DNA of 63,325 nt, the filler included, from Nemertoderma westbladi (Eukaryota > Animalia > Xenacoelomorpha): the NCBI GenBank assembly GCA_032718475.1. It is 4 parts of 4 records of this genome, joined end to end, with 100 filler letters (N's around TTAATTAATTAA, not from the genome) between each part and the next. Parts side by side here need not be neighbours in the genome. Positions count along the whole stretch, not along the records: positions 1 to 19,641 come from JAUCBJ010001525.1; positions 19,742 to 33,577 come from JAUCBJ010001592.1; 2 more parts are not named here. The stretch is one strand, 5' to 3'. The first letter of the stretch is position 1, and every line of letters starts with the position of its first letter. This document shows, piece after piece, positions 12,901 to 26,630 of the stretch. Under the pieces are notes generated by a model. That model was not told the DNA's origin. It searched no databases and was given only the letters and a program-made list of their open reading frames with translations. The position numbers and the translations under genes were made by a program.

Positions 12901-14081
12901 CAAATACGTTTTTTTGTGTAGACTTACAGTTTTTGTGTAGGTTTACTTTTTCAGTTTTTTTTTACTTTACTAAGCATTCATATATAATTTACGAATATAT
13001 ATAACAATCACATATGGTAGGTAACCTCGAGGCAGGGATATTTGGAATGAAGTTGTCGTGAATCAGTACAGTAAGTGGTCAGTAAGTGGTACCGGTAACA
13101 GGGAGAGGCAGAGCAGTTGTAGTGTGTAGTAAAAGTACCGGTAGTGTATTCCTGAGTAAAAAGGTGGCCCCCAGTGTTAATTTTTTCTTCTGTTAATGTG
13201 TATAAAATATACTGAAAAGATTATTGAGATCTACATTGATATTTATTGATACACTAAACTGCTAAATCGCGCACAGCACACGTTTGAATGTGGTCACCAG
13301 AAGCGGCTGAAAAAGACGCAAGAACAGGAAAAACTGAGGAGTATTACTGACTTTTTGGTGCTCTTCAAATTAAAATTAGTGCACTCTGGCTGCGATTTCC
13401 TGAATGTACTACCGAGACAGAAACTCATGAACAACATCCAACTGCATCAACATTAATTTAACAAATCTCTGCTAATTCTGATATTGATATCCCTGATAAC
13501 AGCCAATTACAATCTCAGTCTAAAGCTTTAGATATTTCAGAATGGGGATCTTCAATAGTGAATAGTGACAGTCAATATAAACCTAATTTATCATCAATAG
13601 ATTCAGTCAGGGTCTATGAAGAAGGTCGTACAGTACAATATATCTCAATTTAATTACATTATTTGTTAAACGTTGCGTTGTGTGTTACATTGGCAAACTA
13701 CACCATGAACCGTAATATAGTGTCATTTTCTGATGACACGGATGTTACGATTTACATCTTACATCGATGTAATGTACTAATAGGCATGTTTATAATATCC
13801 TGAAGGAATCAGTCATCAGCACATAAAACCACTGGCTTGTTTATAGTAATGTGTATATTGTTGGAAAAACTGAGAAATTGTGTAGTGGTCAGTGAATCCA
13901 ACATTGGAAAAAAACACAAGTAGATCAAAAAATGGACTTAAAGTTGCAATAAAAATAATCGATGCATTAATTGGACTCTTTATGATCCCTTGTTGGTTGT
14001 TTAATTAAATAATTATTGTTGACAACCGTACTGTAACTAATTTTGTATGAATTCAAAATTAGCAGGAATTTTTTTAAAGTA

Positions 14082-14687
14082 TTAAAACCCTTTGTGTACC
14101 AAAGAAAAGTTACATAAATTTTTACTTCCAAGGACCAAGAAAAATATATTTGATCGGAACAAGGTTTATTTTCTTGTCATACCAGAGATTTTTTATATAA
14201 AGAGGATAACTCTATTACTACTTATCCTACCACCAAAGGCGGCACACTGCCGCCTTTAAACCATTTTCGAAATTTTTAAGTCTTTCATTTGAACGCCATG
14301 GGTGGCACACTGCCGCATTAATCATTTGTAACAAAATTATTGGCTAAATTGAAATTTAATAGCATAAAAAATTATGTAATTTAAAGTACCCTCAAACCAA
14401 TAGGAATCCCATCAAGCAATATTAAATTAAATTATTTAGACCAGTTTTTCCTGCCGAACACAAATATGAACTCCATTTTACCGCCCCATAAATAAAGGCT
14501 GCACTCTGCCGCCCTGGGGGTCAGGATAATATATGTAAAGGCGGAACCCTGCCTCCCTGGAGGTTAAGTTACAATTTTATAAAGGCGGCACAAGGCCTCC
14601 TTTATGAGCATGTTCCTGAATTATGTAGAATGAAAAAGACGCCAGTAGTGTGCCTCCTTTTTTAAGTGTTGGTACGAAAAAGGTTAA
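14082..14687. mobile_element. Degenerate piggyBac-like MITE
   Basis: Ends ttaaaaccctttgtgtacca and tggtacgaaaaaggttaa are approximate inverted repeats bounded by TTAA. Several internal ggcggcacactgccgcc-like palindromes. Confidence 0.45.
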
Positions 14688-16438
14688 ATGTTGAATTCCC
14701 TAGTTAGTGTTATTCTTGTATTTGACAGTGTTACATTTTTCACATTTATCTCAAGGGTTTTAGAACATAATATATCGAGTGAGTAAGAGTTAGGTCTATA
14801 AATATCACAAAAATCAATGGGTTTGGTATTATCGGAATCAAATTCAATGTGCTCTAAAGACCTTTGGTGCACAAACCCCCACGTGCCTGGCCATTGTCCT
14901 TATGGCACACATACCCCGTAGTAGTAGTCCATCTACCGACTCTCCTGATTCTTTTGAGGTCTTTTACACGAAGACCAGCGCCATTTGCACCAGGAGCAGG
15001 AGTTAACCTATAAAACAGGCGACCCATAAGGTTTCTCCCATTAGAACATGAATCACACCAGCGATTTTTAGGCCAATCAATAAAAAAATGAGCTATATAA
15101 GATGTGCCGTTATGGGCGAACTACTTGTGCGGTGGCTGGAATAATTTTAAATGATATAAAAATGGCATGTAAAGTGATGCCAAACATTGTTTAATCAATT
15201 GATCTAGCAACAAATGATATCATGCAGTGATTAGCAAATTATTACCTAAGAAAGTATAGGTAAGCAATATGCAATAGAGCCGGACATTGTAATCGTTTAT
15301 AACAAGCTCTGTATTTTCCATAACTCGTTTCCTCCAAAGAGCTATGAAATGACAACATTCAGGAATTAAAATGTCATAAAATTCTGAATAAAATAGAGTT
15401 GGCTGTAAACGGTAAAGTCCTACTGTGTGTAACTGCTGAGTGTAACCTAAGTGTAACCTACTGAGTGTAACTATCCTACTTCCCTTTGTCCTTTCCTTCC
15501 AGTAATTCAGAACTGGTACCAGTGTGGAGTAGAGAGTACCATTCTGGGTCGGCAGTTCTACAAGCAGACTGTATATTCCTACAAACTGCATGACCAAGGT
15601 AATTTGATTCATGAAATTTCGAATTTGACGGATGAAATCGCCAATTTGACGTGGTCCTTATGGGCTTCCATAGATAACCATTTTTGAGATTTTTCAACAC
15701 CCTCATTTCCAAAACTGTTAATTTTGAATGTTATGACGGATTGGTAATGATTTTGGAGTAATATTATTATGATATTAAATATACTTTATTACATTGGCAG
15801 AACTATGTTGGCTCATGGAGGCCAACTGAAAAAAATATATGTGGCACCCATGGTCCACACTTATAATTAAGTCATCCATGGACCATGGAGGCCACCTATA
15901 AAAATATACTTAGCTTCCACGGTTCAAATAATAAACAATAAATCAATTGAGCTCATAGATGAGCTCGTATGCTTGTTTGTTTATAACATATAATATCACG
16001 AGTACAGTATACAATAGGCCTATTATTAAATTATCGTATCAACAATTATTTGCAATTTGTGAGTGTGTAGCCTATATGTGTAGTTATTTAATTAACCAAA
16101 GAAAGCAGTAGCATAGCTAGTGTTGCTTTTTTTGGTCTAAAAGAAAATAATAAAAAAAAAATCGTGACATTATAGTTAGATACCATCCAAAAGAGCACTC
16201 TACATCTAGCGACAGTATGTCTTGTTGATAGAAAGGGATTGCGTATAGTGAGTTGTGTTTATGGTGGTTGTACACATGCAGATAAAAAAAAACGGCCAGT
16301 GTTACATAATACAAACAATACAATGGAGGTTAACTCCATAACAAAGCATTAGTCTTGGTTTAAAACCACAGTAGTTGACTGCACTATACTTTCATTCCGT
16401 ACCGGTAGGCCTATTGGTCAGTTTATTAATGGTTAACT

Positions 16439-19378
16439 ATGTGGTGTGTTTGTGTACGAACGAGTACCTGTAGTGAATGTGCAGAATCTTTTATGGATAA
16501 CTGGCAAGAAAATGAAGAATTGTACGAACGTTTGCATATACTCGTTAAGAGTAATTTCAAATGCGCAGAAATTTTACAGTTTGTTGAAGAAGAATTTCCC
16601 CACTACTCTTGGAGTATTCGCACACTAGCTAGAAGGTTAAATTATTTCGAAATTAAGTATATTGATTACAAACAGAATCTTGATGAGGCTTATTCTGCAG
16701 TAGAGGAAATTAAAGGAGACTATAAGGGAAACGATATGGGATACAGGACTGTTAACCAGTTACTTCAAAACAAATTCGAGATGTGCATACCTCATCATAT
16801 TGTCCAGAAAATAACGCAGGCCATCGATCCTGAAGGTGCAGAATGCCGTCAACCGAAATTTAAACTAAACTGCCGCCACCACTCATTTGAGTGAAAAGGA
16901 CCCATGTATACTCTTAGTTTAGATGGGCATGACAAGCTATGCGGCTTCCGAAAATAACAGTGCCGGATTAAGCCTTTGGTGGCCTTAAGGCACATTTTCA
17001 CAATTTCAAGAAATGGCCCGAAAATTTATATTTTCCCACAAATCCTTTGAAATGTTAAAAAGTTGCAATCACAGAAATACTGGAAATCTTATTGCGATAG
17101 AACATATATAAACTAAATTTAAAAAATTTAAACCTGAAATACTAATTATTATAACATAGTAAGTAAGTGTAACTACGTAGTTTGACATAACGCTGCGAAT
17201 TAGAACACTAAATAAATATTGCATTGTAAAAGTGAATTATATAATTTAACTTTGAATTAATTTACAATGTAGTAACATCAAGGAAATTTAAATACGTTAA
17301 CATTAACAGTTAACAGTTTGCATTAACAGGTATTTAAATTGCCGTGGTTCATAATATAAAGCATCCAAGTTCGTATTTCATATCATATTGCACCGATCAA
17401 TTTAAGTATTATTATAACTATTAACAATTATTCTGGAATTAAGTAATGTTAAAAAAGTAGAAATTAACTTTTAAATTTAATATATTTATATTAAATTAAC
17501 ACAAGTATTTAAATTGCCGTGGTTCACAATATAAAGTATCCAAGTTCGTACACTATATTGCACTGATCAATTTAAGTATTATTATAACTATTTATACTAC
17601 TCTGTAAGATTGTTAAAATGTTACCTTACGAGCTTTCACTGCTGCAAATTCGTTTATTAGAGCACTGAAGTCAATCTCACGTAGTAACTCGCATTCAATG
17701 CACATGAGTGCCAAAACAACAAGCCGTCGCTGATGCATTGTTGATCTTTTCACATCTTTTATTCTTGTGAGATGGGAAAACGTGCGTTCTCTGGAACAAT
17801 TGGTGGTCATTAGCACCAAGTATATTCGGAGTGCCACTTCCGTGTTTGGAAACGCTTGATGAACGCCAGTGGTATGGAGCAGACGGAAAATATTCTGGGC
17901 GCTTCCGGTTGACATTACTCTGTCATCACCACCATGGTCCGCCTTATCCTGCAGTTTATACCAGTTGATAAACTGCCGAAATTCAGAGGGAAAATCGGAT
18001 GAGAGGTCATTTGGATAGACTTTAACAAGTCTGGCGATAGCAGTATCGATATCCTTATCAGACATGGTGGTAAACTCCGACAGAACACCAAAACGCTCTA
18101 ACACAAATGAATATGCATCAATGCGTTTCTGCAACGCACTCTGCAATTTATCAATAATTACATAGAAGGTGTTGACCTTGAATTTCTGTTGGCTCGTCAT
18201 CCCTTTCATTGCGTCTTCAGCAGCTCCATCACCAACATGTTTCTTGCGCCTGGGTCACCCATCGGGTTTCAGATCTGTAGGAGTTATTCCCACAGCGATC
18301 CATGGCTTTCTGCTCATAATTATCAAACTTGTCTCTGCATTCATCCAGGAAAGCATGCAAACTAGTAAGCAGACCAATGGCCGGAGTTAGTTCAATCATT
18401 GCACTTTGGAGCAACTTGCTGCAGCTGTTGAAACGGTGCAAATATCACTCCAAAGTTCACACATCAGAGCAACTTCAATGGTGTCCATATGCTTCACTAA
18501 TGAGGCTGCCTCATTCCGTGTGTCCCCATTCTGGCAGTCATCCGCAGCGATTTCTTCAAGAGCACCCTGAAACTGACAGTACCCCTTTGACAGAGCTTCA
18601 GTGGCATCGGCTCGAGCAGACCACCGGGTATCCGGATATTGTATTATTTTGAAAATAATACAATTCCTTTGGCAATTTATGGGTGTTTGGATACCTTTTA
18701 TTTTAAGTTGTGTAGCTTTCTTTTTTCAAACAAGAATCCTTTCATCATCGGAAACGTCTACCATATGATTTGAAAGCAATTGGAACAACTCCCCATTTTC
18801 ATTCGGGTTGATAGGGGAACTGAAACAGGTAAAGCTGCTACACTACAAGCAGCACTGATGGCGACCCACGATCTCTTCAAAGACCCAACCGATAGTGTAA
18901 TCTATGGTCCATCTACATCAAAAAAATTGAGAGATGGTGGAGGGATCTCCATGAACGTTTAGAGCAATGTATCTAAGTTCAACTGCAGGATCTTTTAAGT
19001 CACGGCTTATATGATCCTAGTGACGAGTTGGATAGGTTGTTGTTAGCTTATATATATATACCAGAAGTAAAGCGTGAACTAAACCTGTTCATTGACAACT
19101 GGAATTCACATCGTATACATTTACAAAACGTTAAAGTACCATCAGGTATCCCTGATCACATGTTCAAATTTCCTGAGACTTATGGTGGATCAAATTATGG
19201 TCTGCCTTTAATCCAAACCGATATCAAAGAGGCAGAACTTAATATAGCATCTGTTGATAACTATATGCTGAAGGATCTTGAGGAAACCTGCAGGAATTGT
19301 GTAGGGTGCGAACCTATTTCTCTAACTCAGGCAAAACAAAAATATTTGGATCTCCGATGTGCTGTAAAAGGACCTTAA
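16439..19378 (+). pseudogene. IS3EU-type (integrase-core DDE) transposase remnant split by a hAT insertion
   Basis: GYRTV..L...IDPEG and GPMYTLSLDGHDKLCGF lie before the insert. PLAIYGCLDT, IRVDRGTET, IYGPSTS..IERWWRDL and FIDNWNSHRI lie after it. Stops and frameshifts are present. Confidence 0.8.
16958..18650 (-). mobile_element. Internally deleted hAT transposon (C-terminal dimerisation domain, ORFs 17613..18441) with 8-bp TSD GAAAATAA
   Basis: FPNTEVALRIYLVLMTTNCSRERTFSHLTRIK...RSTM. Left end cagtgccggatt. gaaaataa at 16950-16957 and 18651-18658. The right TIR is degenerate. Confidence 0.85.
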
Positions 19379-19641
19379 ACTAATTGAAACGTTAATCGAC
19401 GAATCAATACTCGTTTATTAAATTCATGGACAGTGACCCATAGCATGACCCCCAATAAAAACCCATTTCGGATAACTAATAATGTTTCTTTATAGCAATG
19501 TAAAAAATATACATGATAGATTAATTACTTATGCTCTAGTTATAATATGATACAATAATATTATTAATATTTGCTGTAATATTATTATTAGTATATGTTC
19601 TATACAATGCATTTTATTTTCAAGTCGGCATGAAATATACC

Positions 19642-19741
19642 NNNNNNNNNNNNNNNNNNNNNNNNNNNNNNNNNNNNNNNNNNNNTTAATTAATTAANNN
19701 NNNNNNNNNNNNNNNNNNNNNNNNNNNNNNNNNNNNNNNNN
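19642..19741. other. Artificial contig linker
   Basis: N44-TTAATTAATTAA-N44 (stops in all six frames). Confidence 0.98.
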
Positions 19742-21123
19742 ATCATCTGCATTTGATTAGCAGTAAACTGTTTATTTATACTGTCTTGTGTCTCTTGCAG
19801 ATTTTCCAACTCCAGTTGGGTAGTCTGCTCAGAGGCTCTCCTTTCTGCTTCTGCCACTGCTTTTGCTGCTTTTCTTTCTGTTTCTGCATCTGCCGCCGCT
19901 GCCTTTCTTTCTACTTCTGCTTCTGCCATAGCCGCCGCCATAGCCGCCGCCTTTTGTTCCTCTATCCTTCTTTTCTTTATTTGTTCTTCTCGGACTCTAG
20001 TGAGGCGGAGTTTTTCATCACATTCAGCTTGGTTTGCAGCTAACATTTCGGCATCGATTGAGTCCAACACAAGCTTGGTTCCTTCACTATTAGGGGAAAG
20101 TCCAGACAGCCGTCTCCTCAACTCTTCGTCTCCTAGGAATCGCTGATAGTCGGACAAATAAATGTCGATAGCGTCTCTAGCTCGCGGTTTCTCGGCGGTC
20201 TCTTCGCTTTCCGCTTGAGAAAGGGTGACATCAGTTGGTTCTTCATAGGTTGATCTCTCAGCCAGCTGGGATTTCCATTGGGCCGTTTCCTGTACTTTGA
20301 GATCTACCCGATGTAACCAAGTTTTGACAGCAACCTGCAGCGACGTGTCCTGTCTTCTTTTGGAAGTTTCCTCAAAGGCTGAGAGAATTAGTCGTATGCG
20401 TAGGGTTCTTTCGCGTATTTGATATAGCAGCTCTTCCTGCTCTTGAGGTCCTTGAGGTTGTCGAAACAGTTGTTCTTCCAATCGATCCAAGGAGCCGAAG
20501 AATCCCTGCACATATCCTGCTGCCGACCTCTTCCAAACAGCTGGATCCATTGTATCTTTAGCCACTCCCATCCTGTGTATATCTTCCCAAGTAGCCTCGG
20601 ACAGATCCAACGGAAGTCCGAGTCCGGGAAAGTTCCATTGTGATTCAACAATAGATATCAATTCTTCCCTGGCGTATCCCGCGTAATTCTCTTGGGTCGC
20701 TCGCTTATTCTTCGCCCAGTCGGCTTGATGTTCCTCCACCGCAATGAATATAGTAGTTAGCACTGCAGCAGGAAGAGTAAGAAGGGGGTCCGAGTAGACT
20801 GTATCAGCCATCTGCACTCCATGTTTGGGAGTCAGCTCTACAGTATCCGAACTACTGGAGCTATCGGGTCGCTGGGAAGTAGGTTCTTGACCAAGATGTT
20901 GCTGCAATGGGACAACTGCCTCTTGGTTCCGTTTTACCTGTGCCCGAGTGCCTATGATGGACCTATGGTGGACTAGCCTAGGTTCTGATACTACTGGAGG
21001 GATGACCTTTTTTGCAGTAGGAGGTGAGCCGAACTCCTTTCTTATTCGCTCCACACTCCTATCTGAATCACAGATAGTTGTATCGATCAGACTGTCTGAC
21101 AGGTTTTGCTGAGTGTCAGACAT
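19742..21123 (-). CDS. Long intronless ORF (>460 aa, truncated by contig end), coiled-coil rich; possibly the Gag-like N-terminus of an LTR retroelement
   Basis: Uninterrupted ORF with GC content above its flanks and an E/K/A/R-rich helical segment. No diagnostic domain is visible before the truncation. Confidence 0.5.
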
Positions 21124-22289
21124 GTTTAGTTATACAGTTGAATATCTACTACTATAGTTTCAGTTAAAGCAAGTCTGGTAATTCAGTATGACCGCAAGCC
21201 TAGCGATTTATTACCGGTACCGTTACTCAGTGTAACGTGATATATATACAATATATTAGAATACCGGTATGCTTATAATATATATAAGTATTATTACAGA
21301 CTAGATTTGTCACAGAGTACCGGTATATAATTTTAGCACAAATATATATATATATATAGTAGGCCTATCGTGAATACTGGTATACAGCTGACACTTATAG
21401 TATATATAAGTATAATTATGAACTAGAATTAATTACAGAGTACCGGTATGATTTCAGCTCAAATTTATAGAAATAAATATAATAAGCCTATGGTAAATAC
21501 CGGTATGTCAATTATCAATTATTTTTAGAATAATTGAATTTCTGAATATTTTAGGGTTACTTGGTTACTTCAACTTACTTTATTACCGTTATTTAAGCAG
21601 TAGTCCAACTGATATTGAGACCTAGTTGTTGTATGGCAGGCCTACTATTTATAAATCGTTTGAGTTGATTTATAATAGATATATACCCGTTTAAATGGGT
21701 TTTTGTCAATATTTGAAATAAATGTTATTATTTCTGGAGGAGTCACTACACAGAAGCTGTGAGCTCTCAGTGAAGTGCTATTTATTTGACACTAAAACTG
21801 ATAATTCTAATTTACCTAAGTTACTTAATACTACAAATTACTTACGATATGGGTGAGATTAATTCTCTAATTAAACACAACAAATATTACGTACGAATTT
21901 TTTAGGGTAATTTTACAGGAAGTCTACAAACCAGCCTAACAAAGGATTAGAATTCTGGTTATTACAACGGACAGGGTACTACGGTATTTGAAATAATAAG
22001 TAGTAGTAAATATATTGTACTGTCCAGATAGGAAATACCACCGCCTGACGACCTATAACCGTATCGCTATAGGTACTACGTTATGTACTGTATGTGTTAT
22101 GTACTGCTCACTACCGATATACGGTACACTATTTTTCGCAATATGATGTGTTAATTGGAACGTAATACTGTAATAACTTACATTCAAGGCTGTATCAACA
22201 TACTATAGTAAATAGGTTTTTTCAATAAAATAGTACGGTAATTTGACTGGTGACAACGGCAGTCGCAATATTTTGCCTGCAGTGTTAAA

Positions 22290-25200
22290 TCTGTAGCCAA
22301 AATATCCTCCCTCCCCCAAGCACCAACCCCTTGCTGTGCGTTTTGCTTTACAGCTTTCAATATAACTGACCCCCATTTTATATGTAGCCTATGCCAATCA
22401 ATATTTCACGTGCCGTGTGGCTCACACTTAAGCACACACGATTTAACAAATCAAACTAGTCTAAATGAACTATGCATTTTTTGTAAAACCGAAACTTTTC
22501 CTTTTTATAATATTAATAATGATGATGAAGATATTTTTTCCCCAAATTTCACACCAACTGTACCACCTAACGAATTTTTGTTCTCAAACCAAACATTCTC
22601 TAATATTGATCCGGACCAAAACTTAACTAAAATGACTTTTGACAAAGGACCGCTCACACCTGAATATTTTCAGTCTGAATTCAATTCCCCCACAACCTCA
22701 AACAAAAAGTCATTTTCAGTCTTTCACTTAAACTGCTGCAGCCTACCTTTTAATTTCGATTCGATCGACACCTTTCTCCAAACTCTAAATTTTAAATTTG
22801 ACATACTAACCTTTACCGAGACCTTTTTTAATGCTGATTCCCCATTAGGTCTTTTTAAATTTCATGGTTATCATGATAAACCAATTCTTTGCAATAGGCA
22901 GACTGGAAATACCAGACGCGGTGGTACTGCTATTTATGTGAGTGACTCTTTGGAAATGGCCGAATGTCCCGAGTTCCAGATTGCAGGCCTTGAAAATTCA
23001 TGGATTAAAATCGCCAGACCTGGATTCAAATCTATTACAATAGGCACGATTTACCGCACCGATGCTATTTCACCAGCTGACTTCAACATTTTACTTAACT
23101 CTACACTTAACAAACTTACAAACAAAAACTTAGATACTATTATTACTGGAGATATTAATATTGACCTACTGAAAACTAAAAACACACAGAAGGATTACAT
23201 TAACTTGCTAAATTCTTACGGTTTTATACAAATACTCAATCACCCAACTCGAATTGATCCTAAACATAATTCTGAAACCCTCCTCGATCATATAATCACA
23301 AACATAAACTCCTCTGTCTCTAATGCGGGCTCATTCAATTGTAAAATTGGAAACTCCGACCACCAAGCCACCTTCATAGTCATACAAAAGTTTAATTGTA
23401 TTTTTAACGAACCCAAACCACGCACTACCTTTGACTTTTCTAAATTTAATGAACGCGCCTTTCTTCAGGACATTAAGACAGACACTATCTGGACTTACAC
23501 CGACAATGCTATACCTCTCCGCACTAAATTCGACACTTTTCACAAAGACCTCACAAGAATTTGTACATCACATTTACCGACGAAACCGCTTACTCATAAG
23601 ACTCGGCCCCTTAAACCGTGGCTATCTGAAACAACAACATCAACAACGTCCGCAAGACTTGGTCCATTATTAATTCCGCCCTGCACAAATCGTCTTCCAA
23701 ATGTTCTCCTAAAAAATTGATTATTAAAACAAACAATGAAACTCAAATCATTTCAGATCCTAGGGAAATAGCAGAAAAATTTAACAGTCACTTTGCAACG
23801 GTTGGATCGTCATTACAGAACACGCTAACCCAGAGGCCTACCTCCTCCCCCCTACGTCATATTTCTCACACCCGCGCGAATTCATTTTGCCTCTCTGAAA
23901 CCTCTCCAATTGAGATCCAATACAAAATTCTCAACCTAAAATTAAATTGTAGCTCCAATGACCCTTTTCCACCAAAACTCATACGACTGGCCGCTGAACC
24001 TCTTTCTTACCATTTATACAATCTTTTTAATCTTTCTATTGTCCGCGGTTTCTTTCCGGATTCCTTAAAAACTGCCAAAGTGATTCCAATTTACAAATCC
24101 GATGATATAACTGATCCCAACAATTACCGCCCCATATCTCTCTTACCCATTATCAGTAAAATTCTAGAACAAATTCTTAACGACCAATTGCAAACATACC
24201 TTATAAAATACAACATTATTTCCATATCTCAATATGGTTTCCGCAATAAGACTTCTACTTCGCACGCCTTACTCTCCATCACTGAAAAAATATATGCCAT
24301 GCTTGATTCCCACCAATCAATTTGTGCCGTATATATTGATCTTAAAAAAGCCTTTGACACCGTGGACCACAAGATTCTTATACGGAAGCTTGAAGCCTAC
24401 GGTGTCAGGGGCCCCCCATTACATCTCTTCTCTGACTTTCTTGCTAATCGTAACCAATTTGTTTCGATTGACAGCATCCACTCAACCCTTCAACCCATAA
24501 ATTGCGGCGTCCCACAAGGCTCTGTTTTGTCCCCCACTTTATTTATAATTTTTATTAATGACCTTCCAAACGTGACTAACTTACTGACCACACTATTTGC
24601 CGACGACACGACGTTACTCAACTCGCACACCAATATTCAGACCCTTCTCAATGACACAAACAATGAACTCACCAAACTAAACAGTTGGCTAATAGAAAAC
24701 AAACTAATACTCAATTTAAAAAAAACCGAATATACTCTATTTACAAACCGTATCTTAAATAATGACAATCGTTTACCCACAATCGAAATTAATAACTCCT
24801 CTATACAAATTACCGACAACACAAAATTACTAGGCATCTGGCTTGATTCAAAACTCAGGTGGAAAACACACATAAATTATATCCTTAAAAAAATCTCTCA
24901 ATCTTCTGGAATATTTTACAAGCTACGCCATATTTTTCCCTTACACATTCTCAGGACACTCTACTTCACCCTAATTCACCCATACATCAACTACGGCATT
25001 ATTCTATGGGGCAGCTCCGATAAATCGATACTCAAACCTTTACGCATTAAAATTAATAAACTGATACGGTGCATTACATTCTCCCACTATCAATCGTCCG
25101 CGTTACCACTTTACAAAGAACTAAAAATTTTACCTCTTAACAAACTATACGATCTCACTGTCGCCAACTTCATGTACGATATTCATTCTCACACAATTTC

Positions 25201-25703
25201 AACCTCCTCCACGCTAGGCAAACTTTTCAGCAAACGTTCCATTTCACACAACTACAATACTCGTTCTTCTGCCCGAGGTGATTATACAACCCCGCTTTTC
25301 AGGCTTACCTCCTCCCAACGTTCCGTGAGTTTTCGAGGTCCTGCCATCTGGAACTCTGTGCCACTTGACATTAGGATAAAAAAATCAAAACCATCGTTTT
25401 CTGCTTTCTATAAAAAATTCTTTTTCTCGACTTGTTAATTCTTTGACCCCAATAAAACCGCCAAAAGGAATATTGATTGACTTTTCACTCAGTGCCAATG
25501 TATATAAAAAAAATACACCAGCAAACGCACCCCCCCCCCCCCCTCTCCTACTGCCAATGGAACCATCGCCCTCACGGCACTAGCTTTCTGCTATTAGTTT
25601 GGGCGATGCTTCACAATATTTAAAATACAATATGTTTTTTTCTGTGCAATATTAACAGTGGCACAAGGAATGAATAAACTTGAAACTTGAAACTTGAAAC
25701 TTG
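22290..25703 (+). mobile_element. CR1-group (Crack/L2-like) LINE: PHD finger + APE (22410..23720) and RT (23717..25438), (GAAACTT)n tail; frameshift/deletion in the linker
   Basis: In-frame upstream C4HC3 pattern CAFC..CSLC...HVPC..CIFC. Motifs HLNCCSL, FTETF, TGDINID, LDHII, SDH, IDLKKAFDTVDH, GVPQGS and LFADD. AATAAA then acttgaa x4. The 5' boundary is approximate. Confidence 0.92.
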
Positions 25704-26099
25704 TATCACGGATTGTTCCTACCCAGAAGCTAATAGAGCTAACGAATGTGCCTATCAACCACTTTACAACACAAATATACTGCCTACACTAATTACTTCG
25801 GAAAGCACTGTACACTAAACCCTAAATTAGGTACAAGTACCGGTATAACAAATAATCAGTAGTTAAATATACTTGAACAGTTAAAAGAACCACAGCATCT
25901 GCTGGAGTGACCGAAGCACAAAATCTCCAGTCTTTACCTACGCCGAGCAGCCCTGATGTAGTACCGGGGTTAGTTTAACTATAACGGTATGTATAACAAG
26001 CACAATTACTGTAGGAATAAACTTGGGGACATGAATGTTGCGAATAATCGCATAAACTCTGAATAATAAATATTACGCTACCCGTACAGAATACTCAAA

Positions 26100-26630
26100 C
26101 AAAATACAAACCAAACGCTGGCAAACTACTATCAAGCCTAAACAAACTACAGTATGTGCAGATTCTGAAACTGTTAGTTAGTATGCGTTCTAACACGGTA
26201 GGACGACTTATTCTTTAAGAGGGGATTGACCTTACCGCATATGGCTGCCCCAACTTACTAACGGCACTTTATCAGACCAACTCTACACATGCAGCAATCC
26301 CTTCAGGCCTAAGAATAGTTAGACAACAATCCAGCCTACAAAATATCTGAGTAATAACTATTACGGTACCTGAACAGACCACACAAACAAACACAGGCCA
26401 AAACACTGGCAGACTACGATCAAGCCTAGATAAACTACAGTATATGCAGATTCTGAAACTGTTAGTTAGTATGCGTTCTAACACGGTAGTACGACTTATT
26501 CTTTAAGAGGGGATTGACCTTACCGCATATGGCTGCCCCAACTTACTAACGGCACTTGATCAGACAAACTCTACACACGCCGTAATCTCTCCAAACTCAA
26601 CAACAGTCAGACAGCAGCTCAGCCTACAAT
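26100..26630 (+). repeat. Direct tandem duplication, period ~288 bp
   Basis: gattctgaaactgttagttagtatgcgttctaacacggtag...ggattgaccttaccgcatatggctgccccaacttactaacggcac occurs at 26161 and 26449. Confidence 0.9.

Noticed and set aside
15220-15712. Possible Crypton or other transposase fragment
   Set aside because: No diagnostic motif could be confirmed in any frame.
19642-19741. TTAATTAATTAA motif and any linkage across N-blocks (also at 33578 and 59973)
   Set aside because: Identical artificial linkers; adjacency between contigs is not biological.
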